In this document: positions 1-7,199 of the stretch, one piece after another
Layout: the number at the start of each line of letters is the position of its first letter
Numbering within the stretch: position 1 is the stretch's first letter
IMG/VR virus record: IMGVR_UViG_3300029310_000016
Length of the DNA stretch: 49,780 nucleotides
Reading direction: 5' to 3' (one strand)
From: a virus
The notes under the pieces: model-generated
What the model was told of the DNA's origin: nothing
The model's database searches: none
Seen by the model: the letters and a program-made list of their open reading frames with translations, nothing else
Position numbers and translations under genes: made by a program

Positions 1-99
1 TGCATATTCAAAAACCCTTGCATCGCCATATATCCACGCGTTGCCATACACCTCTGCGTTGCCACACACCTCTGCATTGCCACACACCTTTGCATTGCC
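1..99. repeat. Terminal overlap copy 1 (identical to 49682..49780)
   Basis: Direct comparison shows both 99-nt strings are identical, as expected for a circular contig closed with a k-mer-sized overlap. Confidence 0.95.
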
Positions 100-303
100 C
101 CACACCTTTGCACGTTCACGCACCCTTGCTTCGTTACACACCCACGCATTGCCAAACACCCTTGCATCATCATACACCCATGCTCCATTTTCCTGAGACA
201 GGTTGCTCTCTTTCTCTATCCAACCGCCCTTGTCGCCAGCTTTTACATCGGCAAAAGCCTCGACGCACTCTATTCTGTGAAGAATCACTGTGCCGACTTT
301 CAT
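1..303 (-). CDS. Hexapeptide-repeat (left-handed beta-helix-like) protein, N-terminal part; the gene wraps the circular junction
   Basis: Minus-strand ATG at 301-303. Own translation MKVGTVILHRIECVEAFADVKAGDKGGWIEKESNLSQENGAWVYDDARVFGNAWV... stays open to position 1. It is in frame with 49322..49780 through the 99-nt overlap. The plus ORF 18..305 is its shadow. Confidence 0.7.
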   Translation of the reverse strand, partial: MKVGTVILHRIECVEAFADVKAGDKGGWIEKESNLSQENGAWVYDDARVFGNAWVCNEARVRERAKVWGNAKVCGNAEVCGNAEVYGNAWIYGDARVFEYA

Positions 304-367
304 AGTCTCATCAGTTAATCTGTATTTCATATTGTCTGCGAAATGATTTTATATGTTACTTTATGCG

Positions 368-727
368 TTAGTTGCACTTCAATATATCTCTTATCACACC
401 CTGTACACTTGCCAGCGTGCTTGCCTTCACTCTGTTCTTCTCAGTAGGATTAAGCATCATCTCGTCCTCTGCGCGTCTATGCATCCCTCCAAGCCTGTGC
501 TGCAACATGTCAATCCTGCGCTCCAGCTCTGAGGCGCGACTTGTGAGCTTTACACAATCCCTGTACAAACCGCAGCCAGACATCAGGATGCCGCCACCAA
601 TCAGCAGGAGATAAGTCTCATCCAGCCAGTCCCCGACTCCGCAAAGGCGCAACGACAGGCCGCTGCCTATGCCGAACAGGCCCACGCATATCAGTATTAT
701 TGCAATACATTTTCCGTTCTTGTTCAT
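368..727 (-). CDS. Hypothetical membrane protein (two hydrophobic segments, charged C-terminal tail)
   Basis: 119-aa ORF. The N-terminal part IAIILICVGLFGIGSGL and LLLIGGGILMSGCGL is hydrophobic. Confidence 0.6.
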   Translation of the reverse strand: MNKNGKCIAIILICVGLFGIGSGLSLRLCGVGDWLDETYLLLIGGGILMSGCGLYRDCVKLTSRASELERRIDMLQHRLGGMHRRAEDEMMLNPTEKNRVKASTLASVQGVIRDILKCN

Positions 728-900
728 AGTGCCTGTTCTCCTTTCTTCCGCAGAGCTTCATCAACCCTTTTCAATTCTGCATCGATGATGCGTCCGTTAT
801 TCTGCCATTCCTTCAGCACGTCCTGATTCTTTGTCTTGTTATACTCAAACGTCAGTGCTCGCTGTCGCTTGACAAGACTATAAAAGTCTCTTGTGTTCAT
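724..900 (-). CDS. Small hypothetical protein (58 aa, below the ORF-track cutoff)
   Basis: Own translation MNTRDFYSLVKRQRALTFEYNKTKNQDVLKEWQNNGRIIDAELKRVDEALRKKGEQAL. Its TGA overlaps the ATG of 368..727 (ATGA coupling). Confidence 0.5.
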   Translation of the reverse strand: MNTRDFYSLVKRQRALTFEYNKTKNQDVLKEWQNNGRIIDAELKRVDEALRKKGEQAL

Positions 901-944
901 ATTTTTCTCTGTATTAGTTTGTTTTACTTATCTTGCGTTATTGT

Positions 945-969
945 GAAAAATGAGGGGATTTCTCCCCTC
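945..969 (-). terminator. Rho-independent terminator (minus strand)
   Basis: Minus-strand RNA GAGGGGA-GAAA-UCCCCUC (7-bp GC-rich stem) followed by AUUUUU. Confidence 0.6.
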
Positions 970-1034
970 GGAGTTTGCAAATGCGAAATAACAAAAAGCA
1001 ACATTGTGATTATTTCCATTTGTTCTCTAATACT

Positions 1035-1119
1035 GCAGGACTTCCACCTGCTGGGCCATGCCCTTCACTGCCTTTTTAGTATTTCATCTTCCCTGTTTCT
1101 TCGCAGGACTTTCACCTGC
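1035..1119 (-). repeat. Two copies of a conserved hairpin motif, 68 nt apart
   Basis: Copy one is gcagg-acttcca-cctgc at 1035-1051 and copy two is gcagg-actttca-cctgc at 1103-1119. The flanks are also similar (ctgg..gcc(a/t)tgccc). Confidence 0.6.
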
Positions 1120-1208
1120 TGGAGAGCCTTGCCCCTCCGTGTCATTGTTTGCCTCTGATGAGGATGCCGCACTATTGCGGTCTTGCCGTTTTTCAGAAAC
1201 GTTTAAAC

Positions 1209-1255
1209 TGGTGAGGGCAGAAGGACTCGAACCTTCTCTTGTGCCATGCGCCCTC
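1209..1255 (-). ncRNA. tRNA-like minihelix (acceptor stem + T-arm + encoded CCA; no D or anticodon arm)
   Basis: Minus-strand RNA GAGGGCG-CAUGGCACAAGA-GAAGG-UUCGAGU-CCUUC-UGCCCUC-A-CCA. The acceptor helix has 7 bp (one G-U), the T-stem 5 bp, and the T-loop is canonical. Confidence 0.5.
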
Positions 1256-1260
1256 AAAAT

Positions 1261-1278
1261 CAGCGCACGCTTGCGCTG
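1261..1278 (-). terminator. GC-rich hairpin directly 5' of the minihelix (weak terminator or structural hairpin)
   Basis: CAGCGCA-AGCG-UGCGCUG, preceded by U8 and followed by only AUUUU on the minus strand. Confidence 0.3.
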
Positions 1279-1391
1279 AAAAAAAATGCTAACATCAATA
1301 ATTTACAACTATTGACACATCGTCAAGCTATGCGTCTCGCACTGCTTGAATGACATACATCTAAACTTAAACCTTAAATTTTACAGTTCAT

Positions 1392-1430
1392 AAAAAAAAT
1401 GCCGTTCTATGCGTCACGCACCGTTCGGCA
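1392..1430 (-). terminator. Rho-independent terminator after the 1462..1671 gene
   Basis: UGCCG...CGGCA stem enclosing a UGCG-UGA-CGCA inner hairpin, followed by U8 (plus-strand A8 at 1392-1399). Confidence 0.45.
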
Positions 1431-1461
1431 CGTCAACAAAAAAATATCTAACCTTAAAAGT

Positions 1462-1671
1462 TCACCATTCCCTGTCCTCGCAGCACTTCTCGCGGATGGC
1501 AAGGTCTTTCGCTTTCCTTTCAAAGATTGCCCTTGCATGAGGATCCGCTGCCTCTTCTGCCCACAGCATTACCGTATTCCAATCCGAGTAGTGTACAGAG
1601 TTTAATGCTGCCAGTCGTTCTGTGTCTGTTTTGAGCTTTATCAGCTCGAAGAAATCTATATGCATTGCCAT
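1462..1671 (-). CDS. Hypothetical protein
   Basis: 69-aa ORF in the early-operon orientation. Confidence 0.5.
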   Translation of the reverse strand: MAMHIDFFELIKLKTDTERLAALNSVHYSDWNTVMLWAEEAADPHARAIFERKAKDLAIREKCCEDREW

Positions 1672-1800
1672 AGTTTTGTATTTTTATGTTTATCGTTATT
1701 GCTTATGCGTTCTATCACCTTGTTTTTGCCCTCATTTTTGCCCATTGTTGCGATTTTGGCTCAGTTGTGCATATTTCCTTGTCTATGCATTTTTACCGCC

Positions 1801-1986
1801 TTAATGCGTAAATTTCAAGCCTTCCTCATTTGTCGGCATGGGAATCAGTCCTGATGGTTGGTAATTCTCGCACCTCTTGCTGCTGTACTCCACCCCTCGC
1901 TTCATCCTGTTGCATCTCAGGCCTTGGATGCTGTTGTAGGCGTGCCTGCATCCTCTGCATGCCGATTTCGTTGTCGTTGTGCTCAT
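1801..1986 (-). CDS. Small Cys-rich (zinc-ribbon-like) hypothetical protein
   Basis: 61 aa with CRGC...C...C. ATGA overlap with the stop of the upstream replication gene. Confidence 0.55.
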   Translation of the reverse strand: MSTTTTKSACRGCRHAYNSIQGLRCNRMKRGVEYSSKRCENYQPSGLIPMPTNEEGLKFTH

Positions 1987-2948
1987 GTTCCCTGCTTCTT
2001 CAACAGTTCAAAATACTTCACGCCTGTCATTCTCGCATTCGGGTCGAGGTTGTTTGCCTTGCACCAGGCTGTGTACGCTGCCATCTTCTCTTCATTGCTC
2101 AGCTCTGGCTTCTTGGGTTTGCTGGCCGCTTCTTCGTCTATGCGCTCAAAGTCGTGGCGAGTGTCCGATGGCTTGGCATCATCATAGTTGCCTTCTAAGA
2201 CTTTCGGGAAGTTGTTAGGCAAGACAACCCAGTCAAACGTGAATATCCTGCCGTTCTTGCCGCCTCCGTTCAGGAATCGGCTCTCGCTCGCCTTCTTCAG
2301 GCCTAACGCGAATCTGGTCTTGCCATACTCCCTCACTCTCGCTGCCACATGCTGCCGTCTCTTCGTGTTCTCGTTTATGCCTGCAATCTTTGCCATCGCC
2401 CTGTCCTGCACAAGCTGATTCCAGAATCTCGTGAGTGCCGCATAATCAACCTTCTTTCCGCCGCCTGCCGCATCGGCCGCAGCGTTGCCCTCGTCAGAGT
2501 GCAACACATCACCTTCTTTAGAAGGGGATGCAATATTATTATTATGACACTCATTTATAAGTGTCCCATTCTCATTCTCATTCCCATTCTCATTCTCATT
2601 CTCTGTATCGTTTGTATTCATTTGTATCACTTGAATACATTTGTATTCATTTGTATCACTTGAATCATTTTTACTATTACCCCACCTCTTATTTATAGCT
2701 TCTCTGCGTTTTTCTCTGATTCTCTCAAATTTATCCCTGTCTCGTTCAATCTTCTCTTTAATCAGTTCAAACGCCATGAGGATGAGCGGGTCTGCAGGCT
2801 CTTTGCCCTCGAAAACATACATGCAGATCGCATCGTAGATTTTCACTCTCACAGATTCATTCTGCTTGCTTATCATCTTGAACCAGTCCTCATAGAAGAC
2901 AAAGCTCTTCCGTTTCTCATCCTTGCCCATGCTTTCTGAAGTATACAT
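1983..2948 (-). CDS. Replication-associated protein (two domains joined by a low-complexity linker)
   Basis: The C-terminal part FTFDWVVLPNNFPKVLEGNYDD resembles the conserved phage replication-protein C-terminus (TIGR02220-like, from memory). It lies directly downstream of the helicase. The start is taken at MYTSESMGKDEK because the track start at 3080 lies inside the helicase gene. Confidence 0.5.
   Translation of the reverse strand: MYTSESMGKDEKRKSFVFYEDWFKMISKQNESVRVKIYDAICMYVFEGKEPADPLILMAFELIKEKIERDRDKFERIREKRREAINKRWGNSKNDSSDTNEYKCIQVIQMNTNDTENENENGNENENGTLINECHNNNIASPSKEGDVLHSDEGNAAADAAGGGKKVDYAALTRFWNQLVQDRAMAKIAGINENTKRRQHVAARVREYGKTRFALGLKKASESRFLNGGGKNGRIFTFDWVVLPNNFPKVLEGNYDDAKPSDTRHDFERIDEEAASKPKKPELSNEEKMAAYTAWCKANNLDPNARMTGVKYFELLKKQGT
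2567..2602. repeat. Hexanucleotide microsatellite, 6 units (cattct/cattcc), encoding ENENENGNENEN
   Basis: Read directly; in-frame low-complexity linker of the replication protein. Confidence 0.9.
2612..2665. repeat. Tandem direct repeat, exact 25-mer x2 with 29-nt period (iteron-like)
   Basis: ttgtattcatttgtatcacttgaat occurs at 2612-2636 and 2641-2665. The period is not a multiple of 3, so the two copies are read in different frames. Confidence 0.9.
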
Positions 2949-4086
2949 TTGTAAGTTGTTTGCCTTTGCTCTCCACCGCATACATGCGCGGACGCCTCTC
3001 TGTGATGACAAGATCCTCCACCATGCCAAATCTGTTGCAGTTGCCGCACAAGTCCACCAGCCACGCTCTTTTGCCCTCATAAGGGCGTATGCATCTGCCT
3101 ACCATCTGGTAATACAATGCCAGGCTCATTGTCGGCCTTGCAAGCACCACCGTTGCCAGCTCTGGATAGTCAAAGCCTGTTGTCAGCACTCCCACATTCG
3201 CCACGACATTTATCTTGCCTTCCTTGAAGCGTCTCAGTATCCGCTCCCTTTCAGCCTTCTTCGTGCCGCCTGTCACTATTGCCGCCAAGCCATCCAAAGA
3301 ATCCACTAATCGACTTGCTTCATCCGTATATTGGGTAAAGACAAGTATGTTTGTCCTGCCTGTAGCAAGAAGCCTCTTAACAACACCCAAGAGCCGTTCC
3401 GAGAAGCGCACTTTCTGATAATAAGCCTTCACGCTCGCTTCATCAAAGTCCATGCCTGTGCTGTTGAGCTTCAGCCGTCTCTGGTCTACCACATTGAGCG
3501 AGTAGTAGTCTATCGGAGCTAAGAATCCTCGCTCGCTGAGAGTCTTGATCTGAACGCAGTATATCATGCTGTCAAAAAACCTGTCCCTCACTCTTGTGAG
3601 AAACTTGAGCATGCTGCCATGAAGGAGGCTGCTCGTCAGCCTGTAAGGCGTTGCTGTCAGTCCGAGCACCCTGCATCCTGTGTATTGAATGAAATCTCTG
3701 TACATGCCTCCTTGAGGATTGACGTTGTGACATTCGTCAACAATGCAGTACCTGTAGCGCGCAAAGCTTGACTTACAGCCTTTGACGCTGCCAATCGTGG
3801 CAAACGTCACCATGCACATTTCCTTTCGCCCCACGCTTGCCGAGTACACTCCAGCTCCAACATTCTTGCTTACAGCACAGAATTTCTCGTAGTTCTGCTC
3901 CAGTATCTCCTTGTTAGGCTGAAAGATGACCATGGGTTCGCCCAGCTCTTTAGCAATGCTGGCTATGACCACCGACTTGCCTGAGCCTGTGGGGAGCACC
4001 ATGATTGCATTCCCTTTTCCTGTGCGGAAGAACCGCAACGCCCTGTTGACGGCCTCTTGCTGATAATCTCTTAGTTTGTATTCCAT
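2917..4086 (-). CDS. Superfamily-2 DEAD/DEAH-box DNA helicase
   Basis: VLPTGSGKS (Walker A), IVDECHN (DExH) and GLTATP (motif III). The start is taken at MEYKLRDYQ (ATG 4084-4086); the longer track ORF runs into the tRNA-like element. Confidence 0.85.
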   Translation of the reverse strand: MEYKLRDYQQEAVNRALRFFRTGKGNAIMVLPTGSGKSVVIASIAKELGEPMVIFQPNKEILEQNYEKFCAVSKNVGAGVYSASVGRKEMCMVTFATIGSVKGCKSSFARYRYCIVDECHNVNPQGGMYRDFIQYTGCRVLGLTATPYRLTSSLLHGSMLKFLTRVRDRFFDSMIYCVQIKTLSERGFLAPIDYYSLNVVDQRRLKLNSTGMDFDEASVKAYYQKVRFSERLLGVVKRLLATGRTNILVFTQYTDEASRLVDSLDGLAAIVTGGTKKAERERILRRFKEGKINVVANVGVLTTGFDYPELATVVLARPTMSLALYYQMVGRCIRPYEGKRAWLVDLCGNCNRFGMVEDLVITERRPRMYAVESKGKQLTNVYFRKHGQG

Positions 4087-4108
4087 GTTCCGCTGTTTTT
4101 TCCTTTTG

Positions 4109-4163
4109 TGAAGTGATGGGGATTCGAACCCCACCACCCCTTTGCAGTCTTGTCTTACACTTC
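4109..4163 (-). ncRNA. tRNA-like element (T-arm + 6/7 acceptor-type helix)
   Basis: Minus-strand RNA GAAGUGU-(23 nt)-UGGGG-UUCGAAU-CCCCA-UCACUUC-A. The 5' strand overlaps the last two codons and the stop of the upstream CDS. The element ends 22 nt before the helicase ATG. Confidence 0.4.
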
Positions 4164-4994
4164 AATGATAGTGATGGCTGGTGCTGCTTCCCTGATGCGC
4201 TCTATGACTTCATCTATCGCCTTGTCCGCAAGCTCTACCTTAAGATCTTCGGCTTGTGCGCTGATGAGAGTGCATCTGTATGTGGCAGGGTCAATCCACA
4301 CTTCGACCTCTATGCTCTGCTTCGGCAAGCCGTTGAATATTGGTATCGTGAGCGTGAAACTGTCTGGCAAGTTGCTCTGTACAATCTGCTGTCTGAGCTG
4401 CGTTATATTGCCTCTTCTGTCATCAAGATCCTTCATCTGGCTTGTGACATTCGCTTCGAAATTGCGCAGAAGGTTGACAAGGCTGTTGGCTTCTGCCACG
4501 CTGGCGAAGCATGTGCGGTTCATCTTGAAGAAGTCGGCCATGTCTTGCGGATTCTTGTAATCTCCGCTGTTGATGCCGAACTTGTCGTATTTCACACTTG
4601 TGCAAAGACGCCCTTCTATGGTGTTCCTGTAGTAGCTCGTCTCATTTTCTATCAGAACCACTGAGCCATTCTCCCTGTACACCATCACGTGGCTGTTGTT
4701 GCCATTTTCCTCCACTATCGATGATTCATCCGTATTCCCTCCGTTGTAGGCCTCCTTGTGATTGAGCCGCTGCTTGCTCTCGACCCACCTTGCAGGAGCA
4801 TCGATCGTGCCAGTCAGGTTGACCGCCTCTGGCTCTCGCATCGGCAGAGCCTCACCCTTGCGCAGCACGACCTGCACCGTTGCACCGCTTCCGTTCAGCT
4901 CCATGCTGACTGCTATCTTCTTGCTGATCTCTTCTGCGAGCCTCTTCTCAAAGATTTTCATTTCTTCTTTTTCCATTGTCGGTTGTTTTTCCAT
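4155..4994 (-). CDS. Hypothetical protein of the recombination module
   Basis: 279-aa ORF between the exonuclease/RecT block and the helicase. No motif recognised with confidence. Confidence 0.6.
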   Translation of the reverse strand: MEKQPTMEKEEMKIFEKRLAEEISKKIAVSMELNGSGATVQVVLRKGEALPMREPEAVNLTGTIDAPARWVESKQRLNHKEAYNGGNTDESSIVEENGNNSHVMVYRENGSVVLIENETSYYRNTIEGRLCTSVKYDKFGINSGDYKNPQDMADFFKMNRTCFASVAEANSLVNLLRNFEANVTSQMKDLDDRRGNITQLRQQIVQSNLPDSFTLTIPIFNGLPKQSIEVEVWIDPATYRCTLISAQAEDLKVELADKAIDEVIERIREAAPAITIIEV

Positions 4995-5008
4995 TGTCGG
5001 TTGTTTTT
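4973..5008. repeat. Exact 18-bp tandem duplication covering the start codon
   Basis: ccattgtcggttgttttt x2, which duplicates MEKQPT / the ATG context of 4155..4994. Confidence 0.9.
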
Positions 5009-5023
5009 TAAATGTTTCACTTA

Positions 5024-5449
5024 TTATCCGTTCTTTCTCAAGACTTCGAAGATGGTGCGCTGCGCTTCCTCCTTCGTAGCAGGGCGGCTGTTGACAAGAA
5101 CACCGTCAGCGTCATAATATCCGACCATCTTAGTGTCTCTGTCTATGACCTTGTAACATTCGCCCTTCACTGTTTCCATCTTGCACTTCCACTTCTCCAT
5201 CAGCGTTTTTCTGAGCTGCGTGAGATGAGCCGTCTCTTTTCTGTGCTGATCGAGATACGCCTTCTTATCTTCCTCTGCGTCATTGATGGTGTCTGTGAGT
5301 TCGCAGATTCTCTCTTTCACCGTCTCAAGCTCAGAAGGCGAGAGGTAATGGCTGTAGCTTATGTTCTCTACAGCATCGCAGTTGGCTTCAAGGTACGATT
5401 TCCTTGCTTCCTCATCCTGCGGAATTCCGATAAATACTTTGTCTAACAT
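5024..5449 (-). CDS. Hypothetical protein
   Basis: 141-aa ORF, tightly packed with its neighbours. Confidence 0.6.
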   Translation of the reverse strand: MLDKVFIGIPQDEEARKSYLEANCDAVENISYSHYLSPSELETVKERICELTDTINDAEEDKKAYLDQHRKETAHLTQLRKTLMEKWKCKMETVKGECYKVIDRDTKMVGYYDADGVLVNSRPATKEEAQRTIFEVLRKNG

Positions 5450-5456
5450 ATTACTT

Positions 5457-6461
5457 TTACTTGATTAAAAATCTTCTGCTTCCAGCCGTAGCCTTCATGT
5501 ATTTCTCCGCTTCTTCTGGGTGGTCTTTCTGAAAGGCTTTGGCATCAAATTTAACACTGTCCTTCGCTGCCTTCCATGTGGCGATGTTGATGATCTGCGT
5601 GCCTTGCTGCGCTGTGACGGCCTCCGCATCGCCCATGGCTGCTTTGACCGCATCCTCATACATGGCTCGTTCTCTTGCAAGTTCCGTCTCTTCCTCCCTT
5701 AGACGCTTGATCTCTCCGACAGCATCCACGATTGACATCTGGTTGTTTTCGCCCGAGCCTATCGCAATGTTTGTCCATCCGTCTATCGTCTTGCCTTCTG
5801 TGTGCCTTGGGTACTTTGCGATAACATCCGCAGGAGTGCGAAGTTCAGGCTCTATGCCCTTCCCTATATTGACCGTCCAGAAATGCTGCGCCTCTTCTGC
5901 CATCCATTCGCACATGGCTTCGTCATATTCGATGTCCTTGTAGCCGAATTTTCGGTGCGTGAGGTTTATCCAGGCAAGGCTTCCTCTTTTGTACCCTGTG
6001 ACATGCATGAGCCACTGGACCTGGCAGAACCACGACATCGGCAAGTCCTTCTCGTCAACGTCAATAGATGTTGTCTTGCACTCAAGGATGCAGCGGTTCT
6101 GCTCGTTGTGCTTCTCCCCTTCGTTGTAATAGATTCTGTCTGGCGATGCGCGGAAGTAATCATGCTCAGGATGCACATACAGCCATTCTTCTTGCGAAGC
6201 CTTGATGATATGCCTTCCTGTCTCAATCTTCCACCGCTGCGCCACAGCGTCCTCCATCAGATGCCCCATGAGCATCGCTTCGTTTTCCTCCTTTGGCGCG
6301 TCCATGCCCATCTTCCTGCGCCACAGCTGGTACGGTGTTTCAAACTTGTTCAAGCCAAGCAGCGTGCCTATCTCAGATGAGCCGATGCCCTTGCTTCTGC
6401 ATGCCAGCCATTCATCGTGATTGGCCGTGCGAATCAGCTTGTGTCTTGTGGTTGTTTTCAT
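5457..6461 (-). CDS. YqaJ-type viral recombinase exonuclease (lambda Exo-like, PD-(D/E)XK)
   Basis: N-terminal GIGSSEIGTLLGLNKFETPYQLWRRKMG is the typical YqaJ signature, plus ECK in a PD-(D/E)XK-like context. Adjacent to RecT. Confidence 0.85.
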   Translation of the reverse strand: MKTTTRHKLIRTANHDEWLACRSKGIGSSEIGTLLGLNKFETPYQLWRRKMGMDAPKEENEAMLMGHLMEDAVAQRWKIETGRHIIKASQEEWLYVHPEHDYFRASPDRIYYNEGEKHNEQNRCILECKTTSIDVDEKDLPMSWFCQVQWLMHVTGYKRGSLAWINLTHRKFGYKDIEYDEAMCEWMAEEAQHFWTVNIGKGIEPELRTPADVIAKYPRHTEGKTIDGWTNIAIGSGENNQMSIVDAVGEIKRLREEETELARERAMYEDAVKAAMGDAEAVTAQQGTQIINIATWKAAKDSVKFDAKAFQKDHPEEAEKYMKATAGSRRFLIK

Positions 6462-6479
6462 GTTCCTGTTCTTTTATTG

Positions 6480-7199
6480 CTATTCTTCTGCGCCTTCTTG
6501 CGGTGCATCTTCTTCATTCTTCTTGTGTCCGTTGCGCGCCATGGCCGCCTTCACCTTGTCTGCAGGATCTTCAATTTTTTTAAAGTCCGCATCGTCTATA
6601 ACATCTGGCTGAGCCGCCTGCGCCTCTGCATAACTGATGTCTTCTTCTTCGTCCGCTGTGCGGAGACCCATGCTGATTTCTGGCGCATAAGTGCGCTGCC
6701 AGAAGGCCGCAGCCCTGTATCTCAGCATCTGGTCTGGCATCGTCACCCACTTGCTGCCAGCCTTGGTGCTCCAGCCTTCACGCTGCGCCATGTCGAGCGA
6801 CACCCATGAGCCTTCAAGCCTCTCGTTGTGATCCTTGTCGCTGCGCTCGTAGGCATAGCACCTGCATGCCCAGCTGGCCTTTCCTTCTTCGCCCTTGAAC
6901 TCATAGCGGAGCGGTGTGAAGCGGCCGCATGAATTGATGGTCGCAATGAGAAATTTGCTGCTCCATGCAGGATTGCCATGCACCACATAGAGGTTCTGCA
7001 TCACCATGAGCGGATTGCTGTTAAGGCGTTTCGCTATGTCCAATGCGATGATAACGTTCCCGATGTTCTTGTCACCCTGATACGCCTGTGGCACGATGGA
7101 TGAGCTTGTGTATACCTTCGCCTGTCGCTGTGCGAGATTAAAGGCTTTCTCTTCTTGCTCAACAAGTGTCAGAGCTGTGGTGTTCTTTCCTTCTTCCAT
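6480..7199 (-). CDS. recT: RecT-family single-strand annealing protein
   Basis: 239 aa with a RecT-like core (PLMVMQNLYVVHGNPAWSSKFL ... MLRYRAAAFWQRTYAPE). Paired with the YqaJ exonuclease downstream. Confidence 0.8.
   Translation of the reverse strand: MEEGKNTTALTLVEQEEKAFNLAQRQAKVYTSSSIVPQAYQGDKNIGNVIIALDIAKRLNSNPLMVMQNLYVVHGNPAWSSKFLIATINSCGRFTPLRYEFKGEEGKASWACRCYAYERSDKDHNERLEGSWVSLDMAQREGWSTKAGSKWVTMPDQMLRYRAAAFWQRTYAPEISMGLRTADEEEDISYAEAQAAQPDVIDDADFKKIEDPADKVKAAMARNGHKKNEEDAPQEGAEE

Noticed and set aside
18-305. Plus-strand ORF with striking HTPL(H/R)C repeats
   Set aside because: It is the antisense shadow of the minus-strand hexapeptide-repeat gene that wraps the junction. The minus frame has a start, continues across the circular join, and has a globular C-terminus.
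1035-1119. GCAGG-UGAAAGU-CCUGC hairpins resemble the GGUGNNAANUCC hairpin of cobalamin riboswitches
   Set aside because: No B12 box and no CCCGC/ACUG core elements are present, and the motif is duplicated rather than embedded in a riboswitch architecture.
1209-1255. Minihelix as the attP core (the 3' half of a host tRNA gene)
   Set aside because: It is about 11 kb from the integrase, whereas a repeat-rich attP-like region lies directly beside int. In addition, the 5' strand that closes the helix is not part of any tRNA 3' half. This cannot be fully excluded without host sequences.
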